From positions 90,958 to 154,957 of the forward strand of contig NW_018406714.1 of the NCBI RefSeq assembly GCF_002113885.1: a stretch of 64,000 nucleotides of DNA, read 5' to 3'. Numbering within the stretch: position 1 is the first letter of the stretch; each line of letters opens with the position of its first letter. The translations under genes and the position numbers were made by a program. The stretch comes from Mizuhopecten yessoensis. Taxonomy: Eukaryota. Positions 14,024 through 27,624 of this stretch are shown piece by piece. The notes under the pieces are model-generated. The model was not told the DNA's origin. It made no database searches and saw only the letters and a list, made by a program, of their open reading frames with translations.

Positions 14024-14765
14024 TGTATGAATGCATATTTATATGTTCGGCACAAAGATAAACAAACACTGCACGTGAACTTCATATTGTAGCAGGTTTT
14101 GGTCTCTTGTGGTTTTCAATTTGAGTTGAATCAAAAATAACTATTTCACAAACTCAATAAAAATGGATTACTTGTTGCTTACATGTCATCCTATTATGTG
14201 GGATATGTACAGGAGTGTACTTTCCTACTATCAGAGGTCAGGTGTAGGGAGACAAAAATGTACTGCGTACATAATTTCTTACATATGCTTAACTAACTCC
14301 TCAGTGTCTGTCTTCTCATTTCCTTCTTTGTAGTTTGATACAGTGGCATACAGCCTTTAACAATAGCCTCTCTGCTTCAACACAGCAAGTTGGAAGGTGA
14401 GAGACAGAAAATACCACCATCTCTTCATCCTCCAGAAACTCCTCTTGTGAATTTGCTTCAGTGGAATTGACTGGTGCTGTTATGGAATGGAATGCTTCTG
14501 CTGGTGTTACTGAGAGAGCACTCTGCGGTCATGCAGGGGACTTTAGTGGTTGGCTGAGGATACTTTGAAGCTCCCTGAAATTCGCTAGTGCTCCAGACTC
14601 CTGAATGTTGTAAGCATCAAGTCTGCGAAAAGGTGAGGTTTCCTTACCTCGTGAGCATAATTGAGTGCTTTGTTAAAGTTATACTTCAATACGGCAATTG
14701 TATGAATGCATATTTATATGTTTGACACATAAATATAAAATGCACTCGAAACAATACATATTAGT
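14024..14765. repeat. Diverged ~65-bp direct repeats (14024-14090, 14699-14765) flanking a ~600-bp insert
   Basis: TGTATGAATGCATATTTATATGTT identical at 14024 and 14699; weaker similarity continues about 40 bp. Confidence 0.7.
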
Positions 14766-17309
14766 TTTAGAAAGATATATGTCCAGCAAGACTGCAGTCC
14801 GATCCTCCTGTAGTTCTTACTGACTTTCTTTTATTGAATTTATTATACAACGAATGTTCAGCACGGATTTAATTTAATTAGAAATTCAACTCACAAAATA
14901 TGTCTTTTAATACGTCAGAGATGTCGTCAAACAGACATATTGTTTATTCGATTGTTATATTATAACACAACCCTTGTGTAATTATTGATGACTTGCCTGT
15001 TTAATAGAGAGTCATTATCTGTCAGAAACATGAACGACATTTTTGCACCGTTAGGGTTAGTGAAATAAGAACGTTGTATAAAAACATAAGATTACTACAT
15101 ATTGACAACTGGCTTTATTGTTTCGGACGCAATTCAATTTGCAAAGATAGTATGTGTTACATAATAACATAGGTGACATACCATAGCTCGCTAATGCTGT
15201 CTAATTTCTACAATGATGGATCGACGCCTAGCTTTAAATAATACATAGAGAGCATAATATTATCACTTGATACATCATATGCATGTGATAGAGACACGTA
15301 CTAGCAGTGTTGTATGTGAAATGAAATTTTGTAATTCAAAGCACGTGTTGACACATCAAATTACTACTTCATTATGACTGAATGACGTAAATCCGTGTTT
15401 AAGTGTACTTGCAATGACATTTTCATATTGAGCATTAGTATAATAATATCTGGACAAAGATTCGCGATCACCACACAGCAATCAACAATAATGATATTAT
15501 CATCAAAACAAATTATTATCTCAAAATCTTTATCTTTGAAACAAAACATATTGCAAATATGCTTAAAGAGTTTCCTTATAAGAACTTATATCAAATCAAA
15601 ATACCATAATAAGTATCAATACAATTGATAAGTGCCTTGTTATCACATAATTCTGATCAAAGTGGATGTCGCGGATTGCATTAATTACAGATGTCGTGGA
15701 TCAACATAATGGATCCTCGAAAAGCCGGTCATTTTAGTTCTAAGTACTCATTACAATATAGAAAACATCGAAAGAGAAATCAATACCATGCATAAGTCAT
15801 CAGATGTGTTCTACTTGCAATGACTTTTGATATCAACTAGTTATTAGCAAGGAAAGAAGAGGAAACTGTTGACGGTTGATATGGTAAGAAACATATTTTC
15901 ATCACGTTTGAAAATGTCTTTGATCGTTTCTTCTCTATGGTACCAATCACGATAAATCACTAATTGGATTGTTGATGCGGAATTACCTAAAGTGTTGAAG
16001 TTGACTTGGGAATAGATTTTCAGATTTGGAAATTTCCCCCTCAAACTAGAATATATGTTTGTGTTATGTGACATCTATTCCTCCATCCTCTTGACAGTAA
16101 ACAGTTTTATTTATTTCACGTGTCGGTGACAGGGCCCCTGAAATGTGCTATTACTTGAAAGTAACATACAGTCCACCACAAAATCCCCACAGGTCAAAGT
16201 CTAAATAAGAAAATAAAATGCAGTAATCAAACCTAATTGTTTATCTTTCTTCGCTCTATATTTTTTAAAAGAGAACAAAATATTGTTTTTTTGCAAGATG
16301 AATGATCAATCCAAAGGCGCGACATGTAACCTTTGCTTGCATTTCAAAAGCATTATGGTAACTTTTTATATCAGTCAGCTAAGCATGACTTCACTGTCCA
16401 GATTTAATCAGTACATAGCAGTAGTGCGATAATAATATCTTAAATTAGCACAGTAATCAAGTCAACGGAGCATTTGACGGATTCAAGAGTTAAATGTACG
16501 AGAGCATGAACATTATGCAAGAAAGAAGGGATATGCATTTTGTTATTTCGACTCCTAATAATCACCATTTTCAGGGAGACTAATAATCTAAAATCACCGG
16601 TTAGGCTGGAGAAAGTTCTGGTCTGCAAGTATGCAAAAACAACGAAAAACATCGAAAAAAGAGCAAGAACACCGCTATTTACTATCAATTATGCAACGTC
16701 CCAAACTACCATTGTCACAAACATGTTAGGACTCTGCGTAATTTTAGAGAAGCATTATCATCATAATAGAAGAGCTATCTTAACAATGTTGTAGAAATCG
16801 ATCTCACAACAGTTTTGACAACTACCGTAACAGATTTTATGCGAAGCATTAAGTCCTTTTACAAATCTATCTAATCAACATTATTATTACAATTTCTTTA
16901 GACATTCCTAAACAGTAGAAATCCTAATATACAAGATATGGAGCATTCATCACAAAATTTGGACATTTGCAAAGCTACATGTATCAATGCTAACTATGTG
17001 TGTGGATGCATCTACTAGACGATAGTTCTACTTAAGTAGCCGTGAACAGGAAACGTCCACTCAATGTTACCTATCTCAGGCTTTACATTTCCAACAAAAA
17101 GCACACAAAAGATCAGTAGAAATGATATTATTCAACTCATCCCATTCCCCCTTTATAACATAGAAAACCTCCATGATAAAGAACATCTGAAAGTATGACA
17201 ATTACAAAGCAAGGAGTTTTTTGCATAAAAACTTTACAACAATAACTGCAAAATTTTCCTATGTTCAGGGCACATGAGTGCAATTTTTCTAAAGTGTCTA
17301 AGAGGCAGG

Positions 17310-17545
17310 GGATACAATTCAAGTCGAAGGAGGCAAACAGGAATACATATGGGAAACATATAGGACTTTTAAACCCAGATTGGTGAGCATGTCAACAACA
17401 GAAAGACTTCAAAAACAACAGTTGAAGAACATGTAAAGGAAACAGGACATGCTCGAAAACGGCAAGGAAAGCAACATCTTTCAAGAAATCTATTGAGATC
17501 GTTTGTCAGACCCAAACGTTAAACAGAGGACAGATTTACATAACT
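17310..17545 (+). mobile_element. Decayed Penelope-like GIY-YIG endonuclease fragment
   Basis: Across frameshifts reads YIWETYRTFKPR / GEHVNNRKTSKTTVEEHVKETGH / KESNIF...IEI...TLNR, matching the YIGET.R.L..R..EH...AV.EH...GH...LNR pattern. Confidence 0.7.
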
Positions 17546-19164
17546 AAACTCCCTCTGTCAAAAAAGGTGTCCTCCTGAATAGTAATCACCTAAAACAGGA
17601 ATCTATTGAAAGTGTGAATTTAACAACTCCATGCCTAAAAATAACAGCGAAATATATTTATCTTGAGCCTTTTTAAGGGTGATAATTAAAAAAGAAATTC
17701 TTAAAAAAAAATCCTGTCATTCTGGCAATTGCATTAAAAATTCGTAACCAAAACGTTATCCTGTTATTTCTGGTAATTATTCTGGATTGGTACTACACAA
17801 ATCAGCATGCCAATAATAACGATGTAAAAGAATGAACGTTAAAAGAACGAGACGCAGTGTACACATCCTTACCAATTGTCTTTACAAAATACAAGAGTAT
17901 ACAATGATTAACAAGAAACATTCAGGTACATGTAAAAGGCGGCTATGTATATGCGTATGGGACCGTTACGACGTGTGCATTTACAATTGTCGATTTATGT
18001 CCTTTATTATAAGACATGAACACATATTTTTTGAACTTAAAATAATAAATCTTCAGATCTAGCTAAAATGCTGTAACATCCCTCACAATCGAATTTTAAT
18101 ATCATATTTAAATCAATGTAATTCTTTTTTTTAAGACGAAATCGTCTTTATTGTTAGAGCCTTGACTCTATTTAAGTTAATCACGATTACTTTCACACAT
18201 CGTTCGTCAATCAGGCGCAAGTTTTAATAGTCCAGTATTTCATCGTTTGCACATCGTTTAAACACCGTGCGCGCACCACACAAAGTCTTTTATCTCAATC
18301 TCGCCGAGATGGTGTTTTCAATAGTATAATCATTGTGTTGCTTGCTATTTGATTCAAACAAAGTCCCCCAACTGAAACATATTTGTCTTTAAAAAATAAA
18401 TATAACATTCTGTTGATCCTTAAAGAAAGCTGTATCACTTACAGGTTAACATATAACAATGTACAGGGAGATTTGAAAAATAGGCCCAATTGAAAACAGT
18501 ACAATAAGTAATTTAATTGCACGCACTGCTTACTTATCAGCATTTTCCTGTACCTCAAATGCAATAAATTGCATATAATAACGATATACCTTCAGAAGGA
18601 GTGTTGAATGTTAAGAGCCTTCCAGCGGCGTTAGGTATAGATTTTGACCGAAAATGCGTATATTTTCAGGAAGCTAACATTTCACAACATTTATTCGTGT
18701 TTAAATCGCTTTTACGTTCCTTTTGCCAAACGCCGATATCTTGATCACTGCTATAACAGTTGCTTCATCATCAATGGGAACTGATGTGATATATTAATTA
18801 CTGGCAACCCGCTGTTAATCACGGGAATGCGACAAGACCACAACTATAACACTGGTTTTTATTGATATTGTAATTGAAAATAGCATAATTTCGTTAACTT
18901 TATAAACGAGCCACAAGCCATTTTGATTACAAGCCTGTGCGGATTTGCTTATAATTTAATTATATATCGACATGTGCATACTCTGGACTAGAAGGGAAAT
19001 CAATCCAAAGAACCAATTGGCAATTTTCATCTTGTTTTGATTTAACTTGTTTTTCAACATGTAGAACATGCTGAATAACACCATTAGGGACCAGAAACGA
19101 TGCTTCAATCGTAACTCTCATGTTGTGCAGACAAATGTGTCCGAGGGCAGATTTGGTAAGCAAT

Positions 19165-19730
19165 TACATCCTGGGATGAAGGAGTGTTAATTACGAAAAG
19201 TAGGTCACTGTTACATATAGTATTCACATATGCTTTTTGCAAGTTCGTCTGTGGCATATCTTCTATACTTTAACACTTTTAGTAAATATATTTGGTACGT
19301 AAGTTCACCCTTGGATGGCGGAGTGTTAAGTACAACAAGTAGGACACTCTGACCATATTTTTACCGTTGACGTTATTCTTTAACAAAAACGTTCATCTAG
19401 GGCATATCCTCTATACTATTTCACATGGAATAACCAGATTTAGTATGCAAGTTTGTCTTGGCTGGCGGAGTGCATAGTACAAGAAATATGTGGCATTTCT
19501 TTTATACTTCTTCACCTGGAGTAACCAGATTCGGTATGAAAGTTTTGTCTGGGTTTGTGGAGTACATAGTAATGGAAATATGTAGCTGTGAATAAAAAAA
19601 AAATATTACTAATAGGGGACTATGGATTGCCTTGTAATATCTTGGCTTGAACATTGAAAATTGTTCTTTAAAGAACCATTCCTTGGCGCAAATGTGGGGT
19701 ATAAGTCTGCCATGTTGGCGACAATTCTAG
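19165..19730 (+). mobile_element. HINE-type element with diverged internal tandem repeats
   Basis: Repeated GCATATC(C/T)TCTATACT and GGCGGAGTG blocks; end GGGGACTATGGATTGCCTTG also found at 34817-34853, with a related end inverted near 2250-2295. Confidence 0.55.
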
Positions 19731-20816
19731 TTATTATTATGATTTACGTGGTGAAGTTTTAAAAGAAATGTTCAGATGTACCGGAACAAATCAGTAGGTG
19801 AAGGGTAAGTAATAATGACACATGAATAGCAAAAAAACAACAAAAAAACAAACAATTGAATATGTCAGCTAAGAATCTTTTCAATCGTGTTTTTTAGATG
19901 TGTTAATTTGAGATAATTGACTGAACAAACAGCACATACCTATAGTTATGTAACAATATAGTTGTATAAAATCGCTGACCGCAAATTTTCGAGCGTGGAA
20001 GTCTTTGGCTGCCCAATTGCTCCCTATGCGTTTTTTTTTTTTTGCAAATACCTTGTGAATTACCATTAAATTGTCAACATATTACCTATTTCTTCTGTCT
20101 TTCTGTGACGAATGGAAACTCATAAACAAACATAACCGGTATTCATTTTAATTAAACCGCGGGTGGCACACGTCCATAGGGAAATGGTTGTTGACGAACG
20201 CCATGCGGGAGTGTCGTGACGTCAAGTTCCATGACAATATGGTTTCAGTCATCTTCGAGTCTCAGGGTATTCTACTCATTTAGGTTCTCGGCACCCATGG
20301 GATATGTCATTACGAAATCAGAGGCTATGCACGCGCCATCGATCAAATCGCTAACCTATCATTAGCACTGTTTTTGTAATGATATATTCCAGGGTTGGAG
20401 AGAATGAAAGTGAGCATAACCCCTGGTATTTGAGGATGAGCTGCAGTGAGAAGACAATAAACATATTTTTGAATCGTCAGAAGAAAAATGGGTCGACATT
20501 CTTTAGTCGTCGGGTGTGTCGGGCGCTTGAAATAAGGCCAGTTAAAAGCGCGATATCCAAATATTAGTCACACTCGTTAAATATATTTGGTATTACTAAA
20601 GATACTGTAAAATATACTCTATGTCTCCGGGTGTTTGTGTAATATATTAAGTGAAAAAATTAATTTCACACAAAATAAGCAAATTCACAAGTGTACAAAC
20701 AAAAACAGGATACGGAAAAAAAACAACTGTTCTTATATTTATTATTATTGTCTACTTTCTGCAAGTATAAATTACTATATTGAGATGGACAGCATTTAAA
20801 CATAACATAAAAAAAA

Positions 20817-22915
20817 CCAAGTCAAATTGTAATGAGGGACCATTACAGATGTCCCTCAAACTGCCCCCATTGTCGCAAAGATGCATTAGAAAAGGTTAAC
20901 AAAGCCTTAATACAACTACAATATACGTACTAAATTTTAGTGATATCAAATAATTTCTCAATTGTGACCAATCAGAAGCCTCAGTGTAGTTGCTATGCTA
21001 ACGAAACCTATGCGATTGAATTTGCAGTCCGCTAATACCCCTATATTCAAATTTTCATAAAAATAAAAATATATATCAATTTTGACCAATCAGAGGTCAG
21101 GAAATGGCGGACAGTTTATTGAATCATAACACGCACACTGCAGTTGTATTCGTAGTGCCATATTACACCTTTATACCCAATTTCATCAAAATCTGACAAT
21201 ATTTAAATTTCGACCAATCAGAGGCCAGGAAATGGCGGGCATTTTGTTGAATCATAAAACGCACACTGCAGTTGTTTTCGTAGTGCCATATTACACCTAT
21301 GCACCATATATCATCAAAATCTGACAAGAATTAAATTTTGACCAATCAGAGGAATAAAACGGCGGCCTTTCCTTTTTGTTGAAATGTAAAATCTAAGCTA
21401 CGGAAGTGATCATTGTCCTATGATACACCTACATACTAAATTTGATCAAAATTGGACAATATTTAAAATTCGACCAATCAGAGGGCGGAAATGGGGGCCA
21501 ATTTGTTGAAATGTGGAACCTAACTTACGGAAGCGATCAATGTCCAATGATTCACCTACATACCAAATTTGGCCTTTTTGTTTAATAACAAAACAAACAC
21601 CGCAGTTGTTTTGGTAGTGCCATTCTACACCTATATACCAAATTTCATCAAAATCGGACAATGTCTAAATTTCGACCAATCAGAGGCTGCTGTCCGGCTG
21701 ACCAGTCGGATGACCGATCGAAAAAACGAAAATCCTCTTGCGTACCGCCTGTTTTTCACGAACACTCATGTACAGTTTCGTTGAATTCCGCCCTATGGTT
21801 TTCGAAAATCATGTCGGAAACATCGTCGGCGGAAGAAAATGGAAGAAATAAGATTAATAAAAAGAACAAGTACTAATTGTAATGGGGGACCATTACAGAA
21901 GTCCCCCAAACCTCCGCAGTTATTTTCGCAGTGCCAACATACACCTTCATGTACATATCTTATTTCGACCAATCAGAAGTCTCCGTGTGGTTGCTATGTG
22001 GTTTGTATGGCAACGAAAACTATGCAGATGAATTCGCAGTCCCCTAATAAGCCTATATACTAATTTTCATAAAAATCGAACGATATCTAAATTTCGACCA
22101 ATCAGAAGCCTCCGTGTGGTTGCTATGTGGTTACTATGGCAACGAAACATATGCTGTTGTATTCGTTGTCCCTAAATACACATTTTTACCAATTTTCATA
22201 AAAATCGAACAATATCTAAATTTCGACCAATCAGAGACCGTGGCACGGACGTCTTGGTTGACCGATCGGAAAATGAAACAACTCCTGACCTTGATGAACA
22301 CTTGTGTTAAGTTTTAGTTAGTTCTGTCCAATAGTTTTTGAGAAATGTGTTGGAAACTTTTACGGCGGAATGAGAATAATAATAACAAGTACTAATTGTA
22401 ATGGGGGAGCATTACAGAAGTCCCCCACAAACCCCGCAGTTATGTTCACTTTGTCCTAATACCACTCTATACCAATTTTCAACAAAATCAAACAATATTT
22501 AAATTTCGACCAATCAGAAGCCTCAGTGTAGTTGCTAAGGCAACGAAACAAATGCGGATGAATTCGCAGTCCACTAATACCCCTAGATCCCAATTTTCAT
22601 CAAAATCGAAGAATATCTAAATTTCGACCAATCAGAAGCCGTGGCGGCCATCTTGGTTGACCGATCGGAAAATAAAACTGTACACACCCTGACCATAATG
22701 ATTACTTGTGTCAAGTTATAATGATAATAATAATAAGAAGAAGAAAAAACGGAGTAAAACCAATAAGTCCCCCACTTCGTTTGGGGGACTTCATAATGAT
22801 AATAAGAAACGGAGTAAAACCAATAAGTTCCACACTTCGTTTGGGGGACTTAATAATAATAATAAGAAACGGAGCAAAAACAATTTGTCCCCAAACTTTG
22901 TTTTGGAAACATAAT
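20817..22915 (-). mobile_element. Three head-to-tail HINE/Helentron-type units with a 118-132 bp satellite core
   Basis: Terminal motif A(C)CAAGT..AATTGTAATG(A/G)GGGA.CATTACAGA.GTCCC at ~20817, ~21866, ~22384; 11 copies of GACCAATCAGA; opposite end has (AAT)n(AAG)n plus hairpin AAGTCCCCCA-CTTCGTT-TGGGGGACTT, repeated at 60-bp period (22749, 22809, 22869). Confidence 0.8.
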
Positions 22916-24438
22916 TAAAAGCATTTATTAACACCTATATGCTAAATCGTTGTGAGCCTATTTTATCATCTACAGTATATACTATTTTTTACCACCTACC
23001 GGTAGCATGATAAATTAATTACCATTGATTGTCAGTATGATAAAAAGCTGAGAACGATTTAAGAACAACTTGAAAAGTCTTGAGAACGACTTTTCCCATT
23101 TTCCAGCACTTGGGAACGTATTTTCTCAAAATAGAACGTCCGCTCGCACCAGGTGACGTCCAAAACCGGAAATAGTATCCACCCAAAAGTGATTCGCGTA
23201 AGAAAATAGTCCGTCATAAACATATCAAAACAAATTTACGAAAACATATTTTGAGAATAACATCACCATTTCAAAAGTGATTGTGCATATGGAAAAGCCA
23301 ATGACGATAAGACTGTTTTAAAAAAGAAATTGTTCGTACATAATTTTAAGGTTCATAGTATTCCTCCGCAAAACAAATCTATTTGTTTACTTTTGGCCTA
23401 GGATTTTTGATCGATGACCTTTGAGCCTAGAAGTCGTTAGGAAAATTTGGTGATAAGTTGACGACTTTTTTTAAAATGAAGAAATACATAAGGTAGTAGT
23501 ATATAGATGATAAACAGAGATTCGAACATTTTCTCATAGCTCGCACGTGGACACAATCTCGAGTCCACCTGCGGTGGCCTCTCGATTTTATCCACGTGCT
23601 CGCGATGAGAAAATTGTTCTCACGATAAACCACGAAAACACAGTGCGATAATCTATAAATCCATTCTATATGGGAATGGGAGGAAAGAGTAAGAGTAGGG
23701 AGAGGTGAGTGTGAATGCTTGTACACACACCGTTCCATAAGTTTATAAATTATTGAAAATAGAGAAATATGTCCTTAATTTGACAAAAACTACTTATCCC
23801 GTTTTTAATAGCAGGGGTAACACTTGCCTTTTTCACGATAGTTTCAGAAATGTAGCATACGATACATATTTATAAGATATTTTAGTCAGATGTTCACTAA
23901 TAATATGTACAACCTCTTTCAAAGCTGCGCCTTTACCAGGTTAGATCAAACGGGTTTAGAGCAGTCTAGTCTACCAAAAATGTCGCTTACATCTGTATGG
24001 GAAATCTTAATGTCAGCTAGACGCTAGCCACACACGCTATTTATGCGTGGAAGTGGAACGTAAGAGTCGACAACGGTAGCTTTGGAGCTAAAATAACCTT
24101 CAACGACATCCCCAAATATTAAATTATTGTGGGAAATAGGAGGGAGAAGACATATACCAGGGTTTCGTAATAAAAGCCTTATAAATCTCAACCAGCTTTT
24201 GGAATCAGGAATGAACGCATTTTTGTTTTAAATATTTGCAATCTTGTCAAAGTGCTTCTGTTTTGATTGGCCTATATCATTAGTATTAGTATAATTAATA
24301 CGACTAAATTGTATCCAGTTTCTTTTTAGCCTTAATTCTTATGTATAAATCGCCTTTTATGAATTACATTTATAATTGTAATTGTCATTTAAGGGGGTCA
24401 CTGGTCACAATATTTCTAGCGATACATGTATTTTTTGT

Positions 24439-24665
24439 TCACACTTGGTCATAGATGTGCGAGAGTCTTTGATCCCTCTCGTCTCGATTTAGAACTGGCC
24501 CACTGCGGCGTATCCAGATGGCTTCCTTTATTTGCCGCTTGAACAGATTGCTCTCTCTGTTTAAAACTTCCGAGCTATCCCAGTCAATCACATGGTATTT
24601 CTGTGTGGCATGGTCTGTGATTGCCGATTTATTTTTCTGGGACTCCGACTGTTTTATTTCTGATC
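24439..24665 (-). mobile_element. Penelope-like GIY-YIG endonuclease C-terminal fragment
   Basis: KSAITDHATQKYHVIDWDSSEVLNRESNLFKRQIKEAIWIRRSGPVLNRDE is the typical Penelope/Poseidon endonuclease tail. Confidence 0.85.
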
Positions 24666-24799
24666 TATGACCAAGTGTTAACAAAACGTAGCTGAATTTG
24701 AATTTGATAGCTTGTTTTGCGAGAAAGGCGAGTCGGCTATGGAACTTTGTAAGATTGCCATTTATAGATATACATAAATGCATAAAAAAAATCTGACGT

Positions 24800-25038
24800 T
24801 TTGACGATAGAATTGGTAGTGTCGAAATAACGAAAGTGACATATGCTATTATTTTTTTCGACTTGGTATAGTATCTCCAATTATATTATGATAACGAGAT
24901 CATGAGAAATATATCGCTAAGTCAGCTCCAATTATATTATGATAACGAGATCATGAGAAATGTATCGCTAAGTCGCCTTATCATGATAATCAAGTCGACT
25001 TGGCGAGATAATTCTGGCGACAGAATTATGAAGCCGTA
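24800..25038. mobile_element. MITE with ATAACGAGAT subrepeats ending GCCGTA (TAYGG-type terminus); partial second copy at 25903-26014
   Basis: Tandem ~50-bp duplication 24875-24975; block ATATATCGCTAAGTCAGCTCCAA...GACTTGGCGAGATAATTCTGG recurs at 25903-26014. Confidence 0.6.
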
Positions 25039-25574
25039 AATAAATAAATTGATTAATTAATTAAAGTGATGTTTTCCAGTATCCTTCAAATTGATAGAGC
25101 ACGAAGATAGCGTAAAGAGAGCCGTTTGACAATAAACGGTAAATACAAGTTATAGTTGGACAACAAACACTTATGATTGTATCGGATAAGCATCATGACG
25201 TTTTGGAAAGTAAATGCAACATATCGTCACCAACAATTATTAGTCGGTGTATACACACGGTGTGATAACATCACGGAAGTACCGCATTTTTTCTGCTGAG
25301 TAACCCGTCTAAACCAAACACTGTACAAAACGGCAATGTGGATAAACCATACTATCAACTAGATCTTCTTGCTTCTGATTTTAATCTGAAAAAATGAACA
25401 GAACTATTGACATCATTGATTGTCGGTTAAAAATCCCCACAGTTCATTCCACTAATACATCGATTTTTTACATCACGTGACACTCAACAAAGACATTCTT
25501 ACATCCAAAGACACTCAATATACGAACTCCTTTATCGAGTTATGCTTAAAAAACATCCTGATTTACCGTGCGCC

Positions 25575-25804
25575 TAGTCCGAATCATTCTGACGTTTTAT
25601 CGACTTTTTTCAAATCGGTCTGTCGACGATTAACGTCAGAACTCCGGCTCTCTATGACGATTTGTTTCTAAAATATCAGTTTGAAGTGCGCTCCGGGCGC
25701 GGGTCGCATATTTCCCGCATATTATAGAGGGCCGGAGTTCTGACGTTTATCGACGACAGACCGATATGAAAAATGTTGATAAAACGTCAGAATAATTCGG
25801 ACTA
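25575..25804. mobile_element. 230-bp fold-back MITE with 9-bp TSD (Mutator-like)
   Basis: TIRs TAGTCCGAAT...ATTCGGACTA, arms pair over ~80 bp; TSD CCGTGCGCC at 25566-25574 and 25805-25813. Confidence 0.9.
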
Positions 25805-26019
25805 CCGTGCGCCTAACTGTACCAAATATCACTCAACAAACACATCTAATATCACATGCATTCAACCAAATACATAGTTAACTTAAAATTGGTTTAGGTT
25901 TAAATATATCGCTAAGTCAGCTCCAATGTAATGATGATAACGAGATCATGAGAAATATATATCGCTAAGTTGCCTTATCATGATAATCAAATCGACTTGG
26001 CGAGATAATTCTGGACGCA

Positions 26020-27620
26020 TGGTGTTGACTAGTGTTAATGAAGTCACCAAAACAGATAAAGACAAATCGACGGTTGAGAATGAGGTGATCAACCTTTCGA
26101 GACATGATTTAACCAAAGATCAGACTAGTATTTTGGCGAAAGGTTTGAAATTTGTACCAGATAGAAAGACAGTAGACATCAGAAAGCTGATCATAGACAT
26201 GGCAGAATGGGAGAGAATGATGAGACTTACGGAATGTTTTGCTAATAAAGATGGTGAATGTTATCGGGTAGAGTGGGACAATCAGAAGAAAAGTAATTTT
26301 ACTCCAGGAAAAGGTCGAGATATGTGGTTAGATACTCACGTTGATGTTGTTAAGAACGAGGTGTTATCTGGATGTGACTTCAACGCCGAATTATCTCAGA
26401 CACCACTGATTTTCTAAACAAATTGAAAGAAGTTCAACAGCCATTACCACCGGGCTCTCTGCACTTTTGCTTTGATGTAAGAAAGCTATATCCTTCGGTC
26501 CCGAAAATGGAAGGGTTATCGGCCTACAGATACAGTGCTTGATATGATAAAAACAGAATTAGAGAATAATAACTTTCAAATTGGAGACTAACAGTTAATA
26601 CAGACGGACGGGGTTGCGATTGGGTCAAAGCTTAGAAAGAATTTCGCATGTTCCTACATGCGTAAATGGGATGAGAAACTTGATCTGTCGGACCTCCTAA
26701 CTCTTTTTCTACAAGCGGTTCATAGATGACGGTATCGGTATATGGACGCATGGTGTTGACAAGCTGGAAGAGTTCGCTAATTTTGCAAACAACATCCACA
26801 GGAGCATCAAGATCGACCTGCGATACAGTGAGCGAGAGATAGAGTTCCTGGACACCAGTATAAGAGTGGAGGACGGGATGCTGCATGTGACACATCGGTA
26901 CAGGAAACCGACCGACAAACAACTGCGTCTTCTCTATTATTCTGCCCATCCAACATGGATGAAGAGATCGATACCATATAGGTTGGGTATTCGATTAAAG
27001 CGGATCTGTCAGCAAGAAGTACGTCCGACTGTGATGTGTGTGATAGACTCATAGAAACAACTACTGATACATCTTACCAGTCTACATATAGGGCACTAGA
27101 TGGGCAGTCCTGTCAAACCCGCAATGTTATTTATTGTTTGTCATGTTTGAAATGTGACATATTTGTATATGTGCGAGAGACGGAGCGTGCACTTAAGGAA
27201 AGGATAAAGGAGCATGTGGCGGACATCCGGCTGAATAGAGATAAACCGGTGGCACATCACTTTCTTGGAAGAGGTCATTCTCAATCGGACTTGCGGGTGT
27301 GCTTACTGGAAAGGGTTAAAGATGAATCGAATGTAGCAAGGCTTGTGATAGAGGGATTTTGGATCAACAAACTACCACTACTTTCCCCAATGTCATCAAT
27401 ACCAAGTGATGATGATGACCTCACAATTTGTGAGGTCATGGCTTGATGACGTCAGTGTTTTGTATTGACGTCATGGTAACAGTGGTATGACGTCATCCAT
27501 ATCAACGTCATAGTAATCATCATGTTTGTCAAGATGGGTGACATAGAGGTCCGGTAAAATTTAAACCCTGACGAAAGGCTAAGCCCGAAAGCTTGAAAAG
27601 AGTGACTTTAAAGTTTCTTA
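26020..27620 (+). mobile_element. Penelope-like retroelement (Neptune-like), internally deleted and frameshifted
   Basis: N-terminal VINLSRHDLTKDQTSILAKGLKFVP; RT motifs DVRKLYPSVP, QTDGVAIGS, YKRFIDDG, FLDT, YRKPTD, SAHP; GIY-YIG NVIYCLSCLKC..YVRETERALKERIKEH. Confidence 0.92.
27562..27600 (+). ncRNA. Minimal hammerhead ribozyme in the Penelope 3' terminal repeat
   Basis: CTGACGA (27568-27574), stem GGC-TAA-GCC, GAAA (27587-27590), followed by palindromic AAGCTT; located just downstream of the GIY-YIG ORF. Confidence 0.65.
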
Positions 27621-27624
27621 AAAA

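Noticed and set aside
20960-22660. Regularly spaced conserved motif resembling a CRISPR array
   Set aside because: Intervening sequences are homologous to each other, the context is eukaryotic and no cas genes are present; it is a satellite.
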